From Lingula anatina (Eukaryota > Animalia > Brachiopoda): a stretch of DNA of 64,000 bases. A model generated the notes under the pieces. The model saw only the letters and a program-made list of their open reading frames with translations. It was not told the DNA's origin and searched no databases. The translations under genes and the position numbers were made by a program. The stretch spans positions 11,988,567 through 12,052,566 of the forward strand of contig CM120644.1 of the NCBI GenBank assembly GCA_051362555.1. The letters are read 5' to 3'. Of the stretch, positions 15,001 through 28,100 are shown in pieces. Each line of letters starts with the position of its first letter. Positions within the stretch are counted from its first letter, which is position 1.

Positions 15001-16069
15001 GTCTATTTTCTAAATTCTATTTTCTATTCGCGCTATCTTATGATCACGGTCTGTGCACTGAATATCCCGCTGCGTAATTACTGGCAACGCGAGCCAGTTA
15101 CTTATAGTAACTTATAGTAACTGGCTCGCGCTGCCAGTAATTACGCCACGGGACATTAAGGGCACAGAGCGTGATCATAAGACATACCGCGAATAGAAAA
15201 TAGAATTTAGAAAATAGACATTGCATGTGAACGAAGCCTAACACACCGTCTCTTGGCATTTTTTTTACTTACAAGTAGAATACAGGAAAGCTGGTGATTA
15301 TACGAGTATGTTGGAAACAAGAGGAAGTGTGTCATTCAGTAAAACTGATTACACTCAGCAAGAGTCCCCAAAGAGTTGGATCGTTCTATATAGACAAATG
15401 GTGTCTATGGGAATGGAATCTTTATATGCTACTCAACAAGACATCCATCTCACACCCCATTCTCATAGATTAGATTGACCTACATTGGATCGACCTAACT
15501 CCCTGGGGGTTCACGCTAAATAGCTGTCAGCCGGGCGGACACGAAAGTTAATTACCCCTTAAAGCTTGTAGTAGGGCGGACACGAAAGTTAATTACCCCT
15601 TAAAGCTTGTAGTAGGCGGGGACGGACACTTAAGGGGGATTATCTGACAGTAATCTAGTGAGACTCCCCGCGGTGATAGATCGATCTAAAAGTTGTGAGA
15701 ACAGAGCCTCAGTCTCCATTTAGCAAGGAGTGCTTTGGTTCTGAACTGTAAAATAATACTACACCACCCACTCTGCTAAAACTATGTGTAGGCATGCATA
15801 CAAAGACTTTGAAGTTCATAAAGAATCCGATCTTTGATGCAATCGCCCAGTCTTAGGTTTCCTAGCCCCAACTTACCCCATTGTATTGTAATAATAGTAA
15901 TTAAGGTACTTACATTGATACAAAATTCCATTTAACCTGTCCCATAAGATGATTCTAAGATAAACGTAGCATGATATTTTTTGTTAGCACAGTTCCTACA
16001 AGTAGGCCATAACCTCTTTCTCTACCTCTCTCTCTCTCTCTTGCCCATACTATACTAGACCCAAATTCA

Positions 16070-16165
<96 letters not shown>

Positions 16166-19100
16166 TGGGGATGCTCACCTGTACATATGTGAACACACTA
16201 CTGTTGGCTCCAGGTGAAGTGGACAGGTTGTTGTCAAGACTGGACTGGGAACTGGCCAGAGCCTTGTGGATGCTGGCCAAACTCTTGGAAGATGACCGCC
16301 GTAAGGTCAATTTGTTCTTTAATCTCATAGTCATGTTGATGTAGTGTTTTTTTTATGTCAAATCACTGTTGTATCAGCAGTAATCATACCAACAAGTATC
16401 TGAAGCTTTAGATTTCTAAAAGTACCTGCCCAATAATGCCAATACTGCTTTGTGTCACTTTCTCTATCTTAAAATCATATCATAAAAACACCGATAAAAA
16501 GAATCCTCGACTAAATAGTATCCTTTGGAGTGTGGACAGAAGTTACAAATAATTATCCTATGAGGAATACTAGTATTTTACTTTCAGACATCAAAATGGC
16601 ACCATTTTTCAAAGTCCTTCACTGAAAATAAAACAAGGTAGTACGTCTCCTTTTTAAAAGAGTCTGCTATATAGCAACCTTCGCTGTCGAGTGCAATCCA
16701 CTATGCCCTTTATGTAGTCCTCCCTAGAGCCTTGACATCCTTCCACAGAATGAATGAAAAATTCCACTACATGAATATACAGAATTTGTAAAGATTCCTC
16801 TTCATCTTTATATGCTTAGAATAAATGCTTTCATCTCTCTCTGCGTGTAATAATTGGCGCTTAGTACAGAAAGCAGTCACGCTGAACCATAAAATTGTCT
16901 TTTTATCAAACTGCTATTGTGAAGTGTGATATATTCCTTTCCTCTGGAAAAGTTCAGTGACGTTCATGAGCAATGTTGTTATTGATGCACTGTTGTGATA
17001 CTGTTAATGCACACAATTAAACAATAGTACTGCATTCAGTAATCTTGCTTCCTCTACTTTGTACTGTTTCTGTTGTTGTCAACCTAAGAACACTGCTGCT
17101 GCTGCAATAGTAACTTTCTAATACTGTCACTGTTTTCAGTGTGCATAGCATTCCAATTATGATGGAGCTGTTCTATAATGTCACTGTTTGTCCAATATTG
17201 CCAAAAAGTTCTTATTTTTCTCACCTATGATTTGTTCCCGGCACTCTTTTCGCTATGAAAAAACACAAACAAAACAGTAACTGCTGACGATATTTGGATC
17301 AGCAAGCTCCATCTGAGCATATAAAATCCAATGTTTAGGTCACTTATGCCACATGAGATATCATGCACACATCAGTGGTACTGTTTACATTAACAATGGC
17401 TCCTTGAGTTCTGGCCTGCCTGCTTACAATTGTTAATTCATCCCTTATAGAAATGATTGCAACTTTGAGTGTCACTTAATTCAGTCTCCCAGCGCCTTAA
17501 TAAGTCTATTAGCACCCCACAGGTGTGACGCTAAGGTAATGGACACCCTTTTAATGCTGACCAATGAGAAACAGTATATAGATTGTCATTGTACAGCACC
17601 TACATGTAGGCAAGTGGCCTTTAGTTCATCTTATGCAGTTCCAAATGGAAGAAAGGTCTCCTGATGCTGGCAGTTTAAAGATTTAAGACTATGAATCACA
17701 CGAAGCAGGCTTGACACGCTGATAAAGCAAATTTATACAATGGTAATGAAACTGCCCACAATTCTACGACCTCGAGTAAAAAAGTTGCCTTAAAAGTTTT
17801 TAACTGTATTTTCAGTAATTTCTATGAGCAGCAGGTAGAGATGTGCTCGTGGCCTGCACAAAATTTCCACTGCCAAAGCAAATAGGTATAAGTATCCTTG
17901 GTAACCAGACTACTAATAATTCTTCACATACTGTATTTCTCGGTGTTGTATTCTACTGTATTGACTTCTTCCTTGCATCGGTCTTTGACACAGAAAGTGA
18001 CAAAGAGGAAGATTGATTTCACTGTCTACAATTGTCCCAATTTGAAATTCATATTTTCCGAATTCCAGACATTTTTTCAGTGTAACAGTATTGAATTTCC
18101 ATTAGATTAAGTGCCAGTTCATTACAGGCTCAAATAAAGAACATGCAAAATTGGCATCTCATCAATGAATGAAGCTCCTGGTGGTATGCTAGTAACACTC
18201 TCCTCTGCTTACTCCAGAGTTCTAACACACACCCAGAAAAAAGACCGAAACTCCAGTTAATATGTCTCCTTCCTACAAAGAAAATACTTGTTGTCACAAT
18301 TTAACAAAGGGACTCCACACTTGGACAAAATTCCCCAAGATTTCACACAAACCTAATTCTTCCTCGTAACTCTATTTCTCCAGATATTTTTAAAAAAACT
18401 GACAGAATGACAAAGACACATGCAGAGGACCCCATATCTCAGGCAACAACAATTCAACTATTGTGCCTGCATTAATGAATTGTTCTACTTATATCAAAAC
18501 TAATGTCATCTAATCACGCATTGTGCCTCAACCCCCAACAATACCAGCATGCAAGTGAATCAATAGACGTCTTGTTAAGTGACATCTTCCCTTTACAAGT
18601 GTCACTGCAGCGCTGCATGGTAATTTAGTGAAACGAAAGGTAACCCTGCCTTCTGACACAAAACTGCAGGTGTAAAAAGTAATGGTGTGAAAGAGGGGAC
18701 TTCTGGTATCTTAGCTCCAAATCTGAGATTCTGAGATAAGCAGGGTCAGGTAAGATATTCACCCAAGCTACACCCCAACAAAACTCTGATTAGTTTGCCA
18801 CTTACATTCGGGTATTACATCTTCTGCCACTCGCAGCTAAAAAATAGAAATATTCTGCTGTGACACCAACTTTTAACGAAATTGGCAACTTTGGATGATT
18901 TACTCTTTTCCTGTATCAGAACCCTGTATCTCCTCTGATTTCATGATAAACTAGTACTAGTATGCATATCAACAACTTTTACATTATGACCTTGGGAAAA
19001 AAACAAACAGACTTTTGTTGTTTTTTTTTCACCAATTTAAAAATGAGCCTGTCTTATGATATAACCTAGCACTAGACTCACTGGGAGTATGGCATGCAAC

Positions 19101-22100
19101 TAGCATTGTTTAGACAAGGGCAACTTAAGACTGTCGATTTGGTCCACTCGTGTCACCATACAAAGCAGGCACCTATTATATAGGCTCCAAGACTTATGAA
19201 GCACTGTGACTTTCCTTGTGCAGAAGAATGGATTTCAAATAGGCACCACTGCCCCTCAGACACTAAAACTGACATGCATTGTCGTAAATTATACCTACAT
19301 GAACTTCCAATTTATCCTTGTCCTCTTGAAAACAGACTTATTTTCTCCATGAGATCTCCATGTGATCATCATGTATTTTTTTCTGTGTCTTGGTCTTTTA
19401 CCTTTAAGATTTTCCTTAATTCTACATATCAAATTGTTGTACACATTGTACCTCCTGGTACTTGTGGCCACCAAGTATCATCCCTTTTTCAAAAATCCAT
19501 GATGTCTTGTAATGCAACCTTTATTTCTTAATCAGAAATATCTGTCACTGCACTTGCGAGTCATGCCCTGTCATTCTTCCTATTAACATACAGCAGGCTC
19601 TATTCTTCAGGAATCTTTTGTCCGTTTTCACAAAAACATACCTTGATTTCAGAATCACTTAACCTTTAACAACTCAAGAAAACTGCAGTCTTACTGGAGA
19701 AAACTCCCTGAGAAAACAATTGTTTTGCATTCACAATGAAAATTATCATACCATCCTTAAGATTAAAAAAAATTTTGTTTAATGTCCTTTGAAATGTTTG
19801 GTACCAAACAGTAACACTGATGTTGTCTCCATGTTATCGCTAATCAATCTCCCTTCATAATCTTTCCACATGAAACCAAGTCTCCTTCAAATACGTTTCC
19901 CTAAAATTTTAGGACCTCCTCTGCTCGTAGCCATTTTCCATCTCTCAGACTGCCTGCGTGGTCTTAGACTTGGTGTCCTGAATAAATGTATGTCACAGTA
20001 AAATTCCAGTCAAACCAACTGAACTGGTTCTGAATGGTATTGCTCCTAATATATATATGTGTGCCAGTATGAACTCTAGACCCACATTACTTGCACATTG
20101 TACAATAAGCCTGTGTTCACACTGCACAAGCACAACTTACACTTGAATGAACTAAACAACATCATTTACAGTAAATAGCCTACTGCAAAGAGGTCGCCTG
20201 ATGCAGGTTGAGTTTCAACTCAAGTACATCAGATTTACTTAGAACGGCCTGGTTACTAATAATAGAAAATACATATTTCAGACTGAACCGATCTACGGCA
20301 CTGGTGTTCCTGTGTGACCACGTCCAGAATGCAGAACTGGAGCGCCAGCTGTAACAGGTGTTCTTCTTGTTATTGCAGAGGTTTAGCTGCTAGACAACAG
20401 CATTGTTCTTTTTTTCTCTTTTAAATCATTCTTTTCTGTTTCCAGATTTTACATCGGTTGACTTGATTATTCTTCAATTTTCCCTTTAGCTATCCCAGTA
20501 AAACACGCAATTACTAATGCTCTCTCTCTCTTTGGCAGTTTAATCCATCCATGGCATAAAAAAAAAAGCCATGACGACTTCAAGTGATGTCACAAACTAA
20601 CCAACTGTGAAACTTCTCAGCATTAAAAATTTTCAGTTCCAAAGATTACCTTCAAAACCAACAGAGAGACCCTAAAATATGTCACCAAACAAAAACTGCT
20701 GCTACTTGTCCTTGGCAGTAAAAATCGATTAATAAGCTCATGCTGGCAAATAAAATGTTTGCCAAGTGCAGAAAAAAGACCAAGTAAAAAGTGTCAATAT
20801 CTACTGCACTCCTTGAATTTTTCACTGCTTTCATGTTTAAGTCAGTTTTTTATGTATATTAAAAAAAACATAGATTCAACATAAATATGACTTGAGAAAA
20901 GGTAAATTTGAGAAAAAAATTCTACTGTTTCCATGGAGTGATTTAATTACAATGTGCATGTTTTGTAATCCTTGCCCTTCAATTGTTTCAGAATCCTAAT
21001 AATAAATTTAAAAACAGGCCTGTTCTTGCCTTTTCTTATACTCTGTTCACCTCAAAGTTACTCAAGTTACTAATAAACTTTTGTCTGGACCAAGAAGAAA
21101 ATCTGTCAAATTAGTGCCTGCGATTTCATTCCTACATTCTTACACCTTCTGAAGCAGATTAAATAAACTATTAAAGCCGAGGTTCATCAAGAAAAAGTCA
21201 TTTGAATCTTAAACGGGCATATATCCTATATGATTACTGTGGTATTTCCCATTCCCTTTCAGTATTTCCATTAAATTGATTAAACCGTTACTTTTTATGC
21301 TGCGTATGCCTGTCATTTTCCCCCCCTTAGGTTATATAAACTGGAAACGGCTTCTTTGAATTCTGCCTAACTGCATGTGACACGCTGCTGTATGTCACAT
21401 TAAGACTGCACTTTGATGGAGAAACATACATTTTTGTAAACAAAATAAATTCCTACATAACAGTGATCAGTAAGTCAGTTAAAAGATGGCAGAATCACTT
21501 CATAAAAATATTATCATTTTACTTTATAAATTTTTTCTTCTTCTTTTGTGGTTTATAAATAAAGTAATTAAATTAACTTTTTTCACTTTTTAAAATTTAT
21601 TTTGAGTATTAATACATTTCAAATGGGAAAGGTGCTCTGCTTTCTTCTATGAAGCAGATTTCACACCAACTTAAACCAAAACCACTCACTATCAACATGA
21701 ATATGAATGTCTACAGCACAACAAGCTTCTTTGCAATGTGGCCCTCTGCACAAGTCCCCACTTTGCCTCATACATGGAAACCCAATGCAAAATATTTTGG
21801 TCACAAAAACCTTTTTATGTTTGAAACCCTGAAACAGTTTCAGTCAGAAAAAATAAACATTTTTTCAGTGCTGTTTTTTTTTTAACTTGATTACAGAACC
21901 AAGACTGCAATACTGTAGAAACTGAATAACCTGTTGTGAACACAATGCAACTACTAGTATTGTAAACAATTCTTAAAACGACATCAGCAAAGACAAAAGC
22001 AATTAACTGTCACAGTAAATGATTTAATCTGCATGAGAAAATCATGCCCATCAAACATGATAATAAAAGACTGGAAAAAAACTAGGAATACTGTTACAAA

Positions 22101-25100
22101 AAAAGACCAACTTAATGCTATAAATTTCAGTCAACAAACGTGCTTATAATATGGGGAACAGAACAACAAGATGACTGGACAAAAAAAGTATGGAGGAGCT
22201 GAGCTAAAGCAACCAGACAGTGTTAGAAATTAAGGCTGGACCGTCTGCCCGGGGCTGACAACTTTCAGAACGGGCTGATAAGTTTTCCCACCTGGCAGAC
22301 ATTCAGTCCAGCTACTTTTCAAGATGGCTGGACTTTCTGTCCAGCAACTAATTTTCCTAAGAGGCAAACACTGCAACCAGATGTTGAATTCGGGCTCTTT
22401 CCCATAGACAACATAGGTTGATCAATCCAATTCCATGGGGACTCTTGCTGAATGCAATCAGTTTTACATATTAACATACCTCCTGGCGTTGGGTATAATA
22501 CAGAAAAGCTGGTGATTATACAAGTATGTTGAATCAGAGGAGACGTGTCATTTAGTTAAGCTGATTGCACTCAGTGAGAGTCTCTGCAGAGTTGGATCGA
22601 TCTACTTAGATCGATGGTGTCTATGGGAATACGCCCTCACTATCCTCCCTATCAGTCAAAATCTCTCTAATGATAAGGCACCTTGAACAAAAACTTTCAT
22701 AACCTTCAGGCCCAGACGAGATGCCAAGATAAACTGCTATCAGAAACTAGGAGCCTTCTATCTCAAACCCAGGTTTGCCCTTGAGAACTGAATCACCCTA
22801 TGTCTGAATGTTAAGGGTAAACAGCATGCATGGTCTGTCATATATGTTAGGCCACACTTTTTTATTTTTATGGATGACATCCTGCGCGCGCACCGATTTT
22901 CGTCTGTTCTCCAAAAAAAAAAAAAAAAAAGAGTGCGGAAAATGAGCTTTCTGCGCATGCGTATTATCACCATGTGGAAAGATGGCCGCTTTGCCGTCAA
23001 ATTCATCTCTAGCATTAATTTCAAAATACACGACAATAAAAGTCATAAAGAGAACGGGGGTCGTCGTTTTGGATTGGTTTTCCATTGATATTGGACATGG
23101 AGATATCAACCTTTTACAATTATACGTGTGAGTCAAAGTAGACAAAATGGCATCGACCGAAATTACCTTTTTTAGATTTGGTAGTAGGAAGCATAGGCCT
23201 ATCTTTGCTTCATTTTTTAACAATTCTGTGAAGTGTTTACAATGCTTTAATTTTCTGAGAGTACAAATAAAGACACGCTGTTTATTTGATATTTGTTTTA
23301 TTGATTGCTATACCAACAGAATGCATGAAATAACCTTAAATAGATTTGGTAATATGCAGCATATATATTCATGACTTTTTTACCTTTCTACGAAATAGGC
23401 CCTATTCACAATGCTTTAATATTTTGAGAGCATGGATAAAGACATGTTGTTAGTTTGATACGTGTTTCTGTGGTAAAAATTAGTGTTTCTTAAGCATTTT
23501 TTTTGGGGGGGACTGTTTTTTTTTTTTTTTTTCGCCCGCACGCACCGATGTTGGGGTCCCCAGAGGATGTCATCCATAAAAATAAAAAAGTGTGGCCTTA
23601 TATATGTATCATACACCCTCACACTAAAAACAGCAACATTGTCTTTTCTCAAATAGAAAAAAGGGTAACCTGTTACTTACATATATTTTCTGTCTTTTTA
23701 TTTAATTCCAATTATTACCTGACAAAGACTATTTCTTTCATCTACCCTATAAAAAAATTGCAAGCCTACAGAATCAGTTTTCATAATAATATCATCATGT
23801 CATGCAATGTAATGGGGATATTATTACACCTGCCCTACTTTACTGAAAAAAATTGGAAGTCTACATAAACAAGTTTCCATAACAATGCCACCATGTCATG
23901 TAATCTGAAGGTAAAGTTATTACAGGCATATGAAGTCACATTGTTAAAAAATTATTGAAAAAAATTTAAATAATTCTACAGAATAAAGTTTTAGTATTAA
24001 CCCCACCAGACACGGAGATCACAAGACACCATGAAATGACTGGCCTACATTTTAGATAGCAGTAACTTTCCAATGAAGTTGATAATCCAGTAGAAGACAT
24101 ATAATTATTCCTTTTCAGCGGTGTAGACACATGCAGCCATGCTCCATGTTAATGATCTCCCACAAAGAGGTGAAGTTTGTATTCCAGTGCTCTATAACAA
24201 TTCTTATAGGCGATGTGGACAACTGAAGTTACAGTACTCTTCCACTAAAACTTGCATACCTATGCTCTATAAGGCTCCTCATTGTGCATCAGCACAGGTG
24301 ATATTGGTCACATAATGGTTCAATGGACTTAGTACAATAACATTCAGAATTTATTGACCATCTTTCACAATAGACACAGGCAGAGAGAAAACAGGGAGGC
24401 CATGCGACTTCTGCACCTGACTGACCTTGTGTGGATGGATTCAGATTTCAAAATCAAGTAATTGTAGATTACTCGGACACTCCCCTTTTTTAATGACTTT
24501 AAAGAAATATTCAAAGGAAATGAATGCACCAATGAAAATCCATAACGATATCCGTGCAAACTGTAATCAATAGATGTTTTCCTATTATAAACACCAACCC
24601 TTTAACAGGTAGAAAATAAAAATGCACACAATTGACTATTATGCAAAACTCCATCAAAACAGGTTTAATTTCGACCTCCTCTTACTTCAAACATCACGAA
24701 ATCCATTAATAAAGGAGGAAAAAAAAAGTTGAATGGATCTTATCTATTGTTAGTACACTATATTAAATGTATCCTTTTCAAATGAACGTGAAAGAATCTG
24801 TTGTCCAATGTTATCAAGGTATTATGTTCTATTACACTGGATTCCTTTATTTGTTTAAAATCAAAATCACATTGTATGCTGAAGAAACTATACATGCAGT
24901 ATTACTTTAACCAGTTCCAGTGTGAATTTGTTTCATGAATAAACTTAAAGTACTAGTAATGATAATTATGGATTATAAGAAAATTATAAAGTATTTTAGC
25001 AGTCACATTGTCAAAAATAAATAAATAAATCCATAGTGTGATGGCACTAATTTATGTGTGGCTGATAGAATAAAATCAGCCCAGACTGAGGTATTCTCCA

Positions 25101-28100
25101 CCGAGTCCAGTTAAGAGTACATAATCAATGAGGTAGGTTTAGTCTATGAATATGATATTAAGCATGTGGATATAAATACAGGACATGTGAACTTCCCACA
25201 CATAAATCAAAATCAATAGAGAATCTATGGAGAAAGTATCCAGTGTCATGTGTGTGTGTGTGTGTGCATGCGTGCGTGTGTGTGTGTGCGTGAGCATGCA
25301 CTGTAGTATATTCATGAATAAATATGTTTATTTGTGTTTGGTTATACAACTCATACTAGTATATTTGTATCTTAAGCAATGCCCCTGATCCTTTCACTGG
25401 AACCATAACACCCTGCAATAAGTAACCGTATCTCACATAGCCCAACTTTTGATCCTAACAAAATAGTAGACCTTGCCATTACCATTGTGTTAGAGGTGAC
25501 ACACCACAATCACAACTTGGTTGAGACAAATGCACTCAACCTGAACAAAAACAACCATTATATCCCATTCTGCACACCAGACATGTACATAATAAGAGCT
25601 CCAGCCGGAATGTACTTACTGTAACCAAGGAGTTATAACAGAAGGAGATTACACGCAAGCCTTTCTATTGTCCGATGTCTGTTACGGTGGGCGGAGCTAG
25701 CTACGGGGGGCCTCCGGTCTCAAGGTTTCGTCTGCGTCGCTCTCCTCAGCTTGGAGATAAATTTCATATGCGTTATTTCGCGTTAGAATTCGAGATCAGT
25801 AATGTCAAAGCGCCGCTGTATGCTGACGATTTTTTTCACAGGTAATTATTTGGACGATGTGCTGGAAGGGAACGATATCATAGAAAGCGATTATAAGGTG
25901 GTGACTGAGGATGGTCGCCATGAGCTTTTTTTAGTCGGTGATAGATGGCTTTTTTATGGCACAACCCGGTGAAAAATCACCAAGGAGAAGTCAAAAGAAA
26001 ACGTCCCAACTGTGGTTTGTGAAAATGACATTCAAGTGAACGTCTGTCCTCACTGCCAAAGGACATAATATTAATACATTAACGTTTGGAACCTCCTGCC
26101 CTTGGGTCCCATAAACATATACATTGTGACAGTGCCTACGCTTTGTGTCTGGTTTTAAATTTCTTAAAGTATTTTTTCTCTCACTCGGTATAATTTTAAT
26201 ATTATAATGCATTTAATTAAAATTTTAATCCAAGGTTGAGGCAATGCCACGACACGTCAGTTTACTGAATACTCATTATAAATTTCTTTATCTTGGAAAT
26301 TTCCCTTTTTTTCAGGATTATTTGACACGTACTAACACTGTTCATATTTGTCGGTAAACAAGTGCACAGTGCTATACATTAAGAATAATTTTTATTCATT
26401 CATAAATATATTTATGTACAAAATATATCAGAAATTTTAGTATTCACTGACCTCTTTAAAGTGAAACAAATAAAGATGAGAATATTGAATTTCAAACTAT
26501 TATTTACTATATTAACTTAAAATATCTTTTAAGTCAACTCTATACTCAAGCACTCTATACTCATGAAAGTAGCATCTGTGAGTAAAACTATTTTATTATA
26601 TCAATAGAAGAACAAAAACAAAATTTTTACACATAAGCAGTAATAAATGAAGTCATAAGAATGATTAAGTTGCTACAGTTTTCCAGTTTTATGCAGTCTA
26701 TGATGGCATTTTTTTCAACCGTGCAAATAGAAATAATTATATTCTTTTTTATCTGACTTGCTGATACCAGTCTGTGCTAGATACTATTCCACTTACAGGC
26801 CAGCAAGGTCTGAGAATCTAATGGGCCAAATGAAAAAAAAAATCCTAGAAGATAAAGTGGTTAATTCTTACAAATAGGATAAAAAACATGGGATTTTCAA
26901 AAGGTTATTATAGATCAAGACAACACTTAGTAAGAACATTTATAAAATGTAACAGCTGAAAAAATTAACTGGTAAATAAGCAGTAAGTGACTGCTTTAAA
27001 GAAATTTCACTGAAACAGAAATTTCACTGGCAATCAGGTAGACTGTTATACCATGGCACTCAACAATTTATATATAGGTTTTGAATTTTTTTCCACGTAA
27101 CAGTAACATAAAATTTATGTCCACTTTTGCAATGTATAGAGTCAGTTAGGTGACTGAAAATATTTTAAAATGTCATAAAGGAGCACTATTAATTTAATGC
27201 AATCTCTGTTGGCCAGTCTTATCCAGTTTCTTCTCCAAAAAGGACAACTCAAGTGAGAATTTCTTCAGGGCCTTTTCTTCTGCCTTGCTAATGCCATGCC
27301 ACTCAGAAAAGAGAGAAACCTGTAGGTTAGAAAAAAAAAACATAATAATAGCATTATGAACTACTAGTATCCATGTAGACATTATGGAATTACGCAGTGA
27401 AGTTTAATGTGTCTTGTTATGACTTGACTGAAATAATGTTCACCACATAAATGAACAATTTACAACTAAATTTATATAGAACATCAAGATTCATGATCAC
27501 AAGCTAATAACCCCAAGAAATTGAAAGAAATTGTACTTATTACAAGAAATTATTTAAATCCGCCCTGGTTCCTACTCTTCTGACAGGACAAAAAGGGGAT
27601 TTCAGAGAGGCTGGTTGCTAAAAGGAAAATGTCCAAGGTTGTTGTATTTTGAAAAAAAAATTAAAAAGGGTACTGTTGTTAGTGAATGTTTAATGCATCT
27701 TAGGCATTATGACAAAAGTAACTTACCCCAGACACACTGACCTCCTTTTTTCATTGACATATTTTAATTTTTTCCAGCCTGACCATAATTCATATATTCA
27801 ATGCAGCCTTCTCCCATATCTATAATAGAAAAAAAAAACTTGAGTAGTGTTAAGATATGCATGTCAAATTCATTATCAATTTTGAGAGAATTTCTGTTTC
27901 AACACTACAAGATGAAATATTTAATTTCAAGTAATAAATAAACCTTAATAGAGTTATATTCTTTTGTAACCACCAAGGCAAAGCTTCTTTCTTAAAATGA
28001 ACTGAAACATCCAAGCTTGCCACCTAACATGCCAAAGTAGTGAAGTATAATTTAAGTAGAGAAGCAAGTACCCCTTAATTATAGAGGTGTCTTACACAAT

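Noticed and set aside
14647-15614. Short direct repeats as a CRISPR-like array
   Set aside because: Two-copy tandem duplications without spacers, in eukaryotic DNA
16400-20400. Sequence with a coding-like feel on the - strand
   Set aside because: No sustained ORF or recognisable domain in the parts I translated; cannot support a pseudogene call without a search
27727-27819. In-frame TGA in an element-internal exon as a selenocysteine codon
   Set aside because: All frames contain stops, no SECIS was identified and there is no selenoprotein motif
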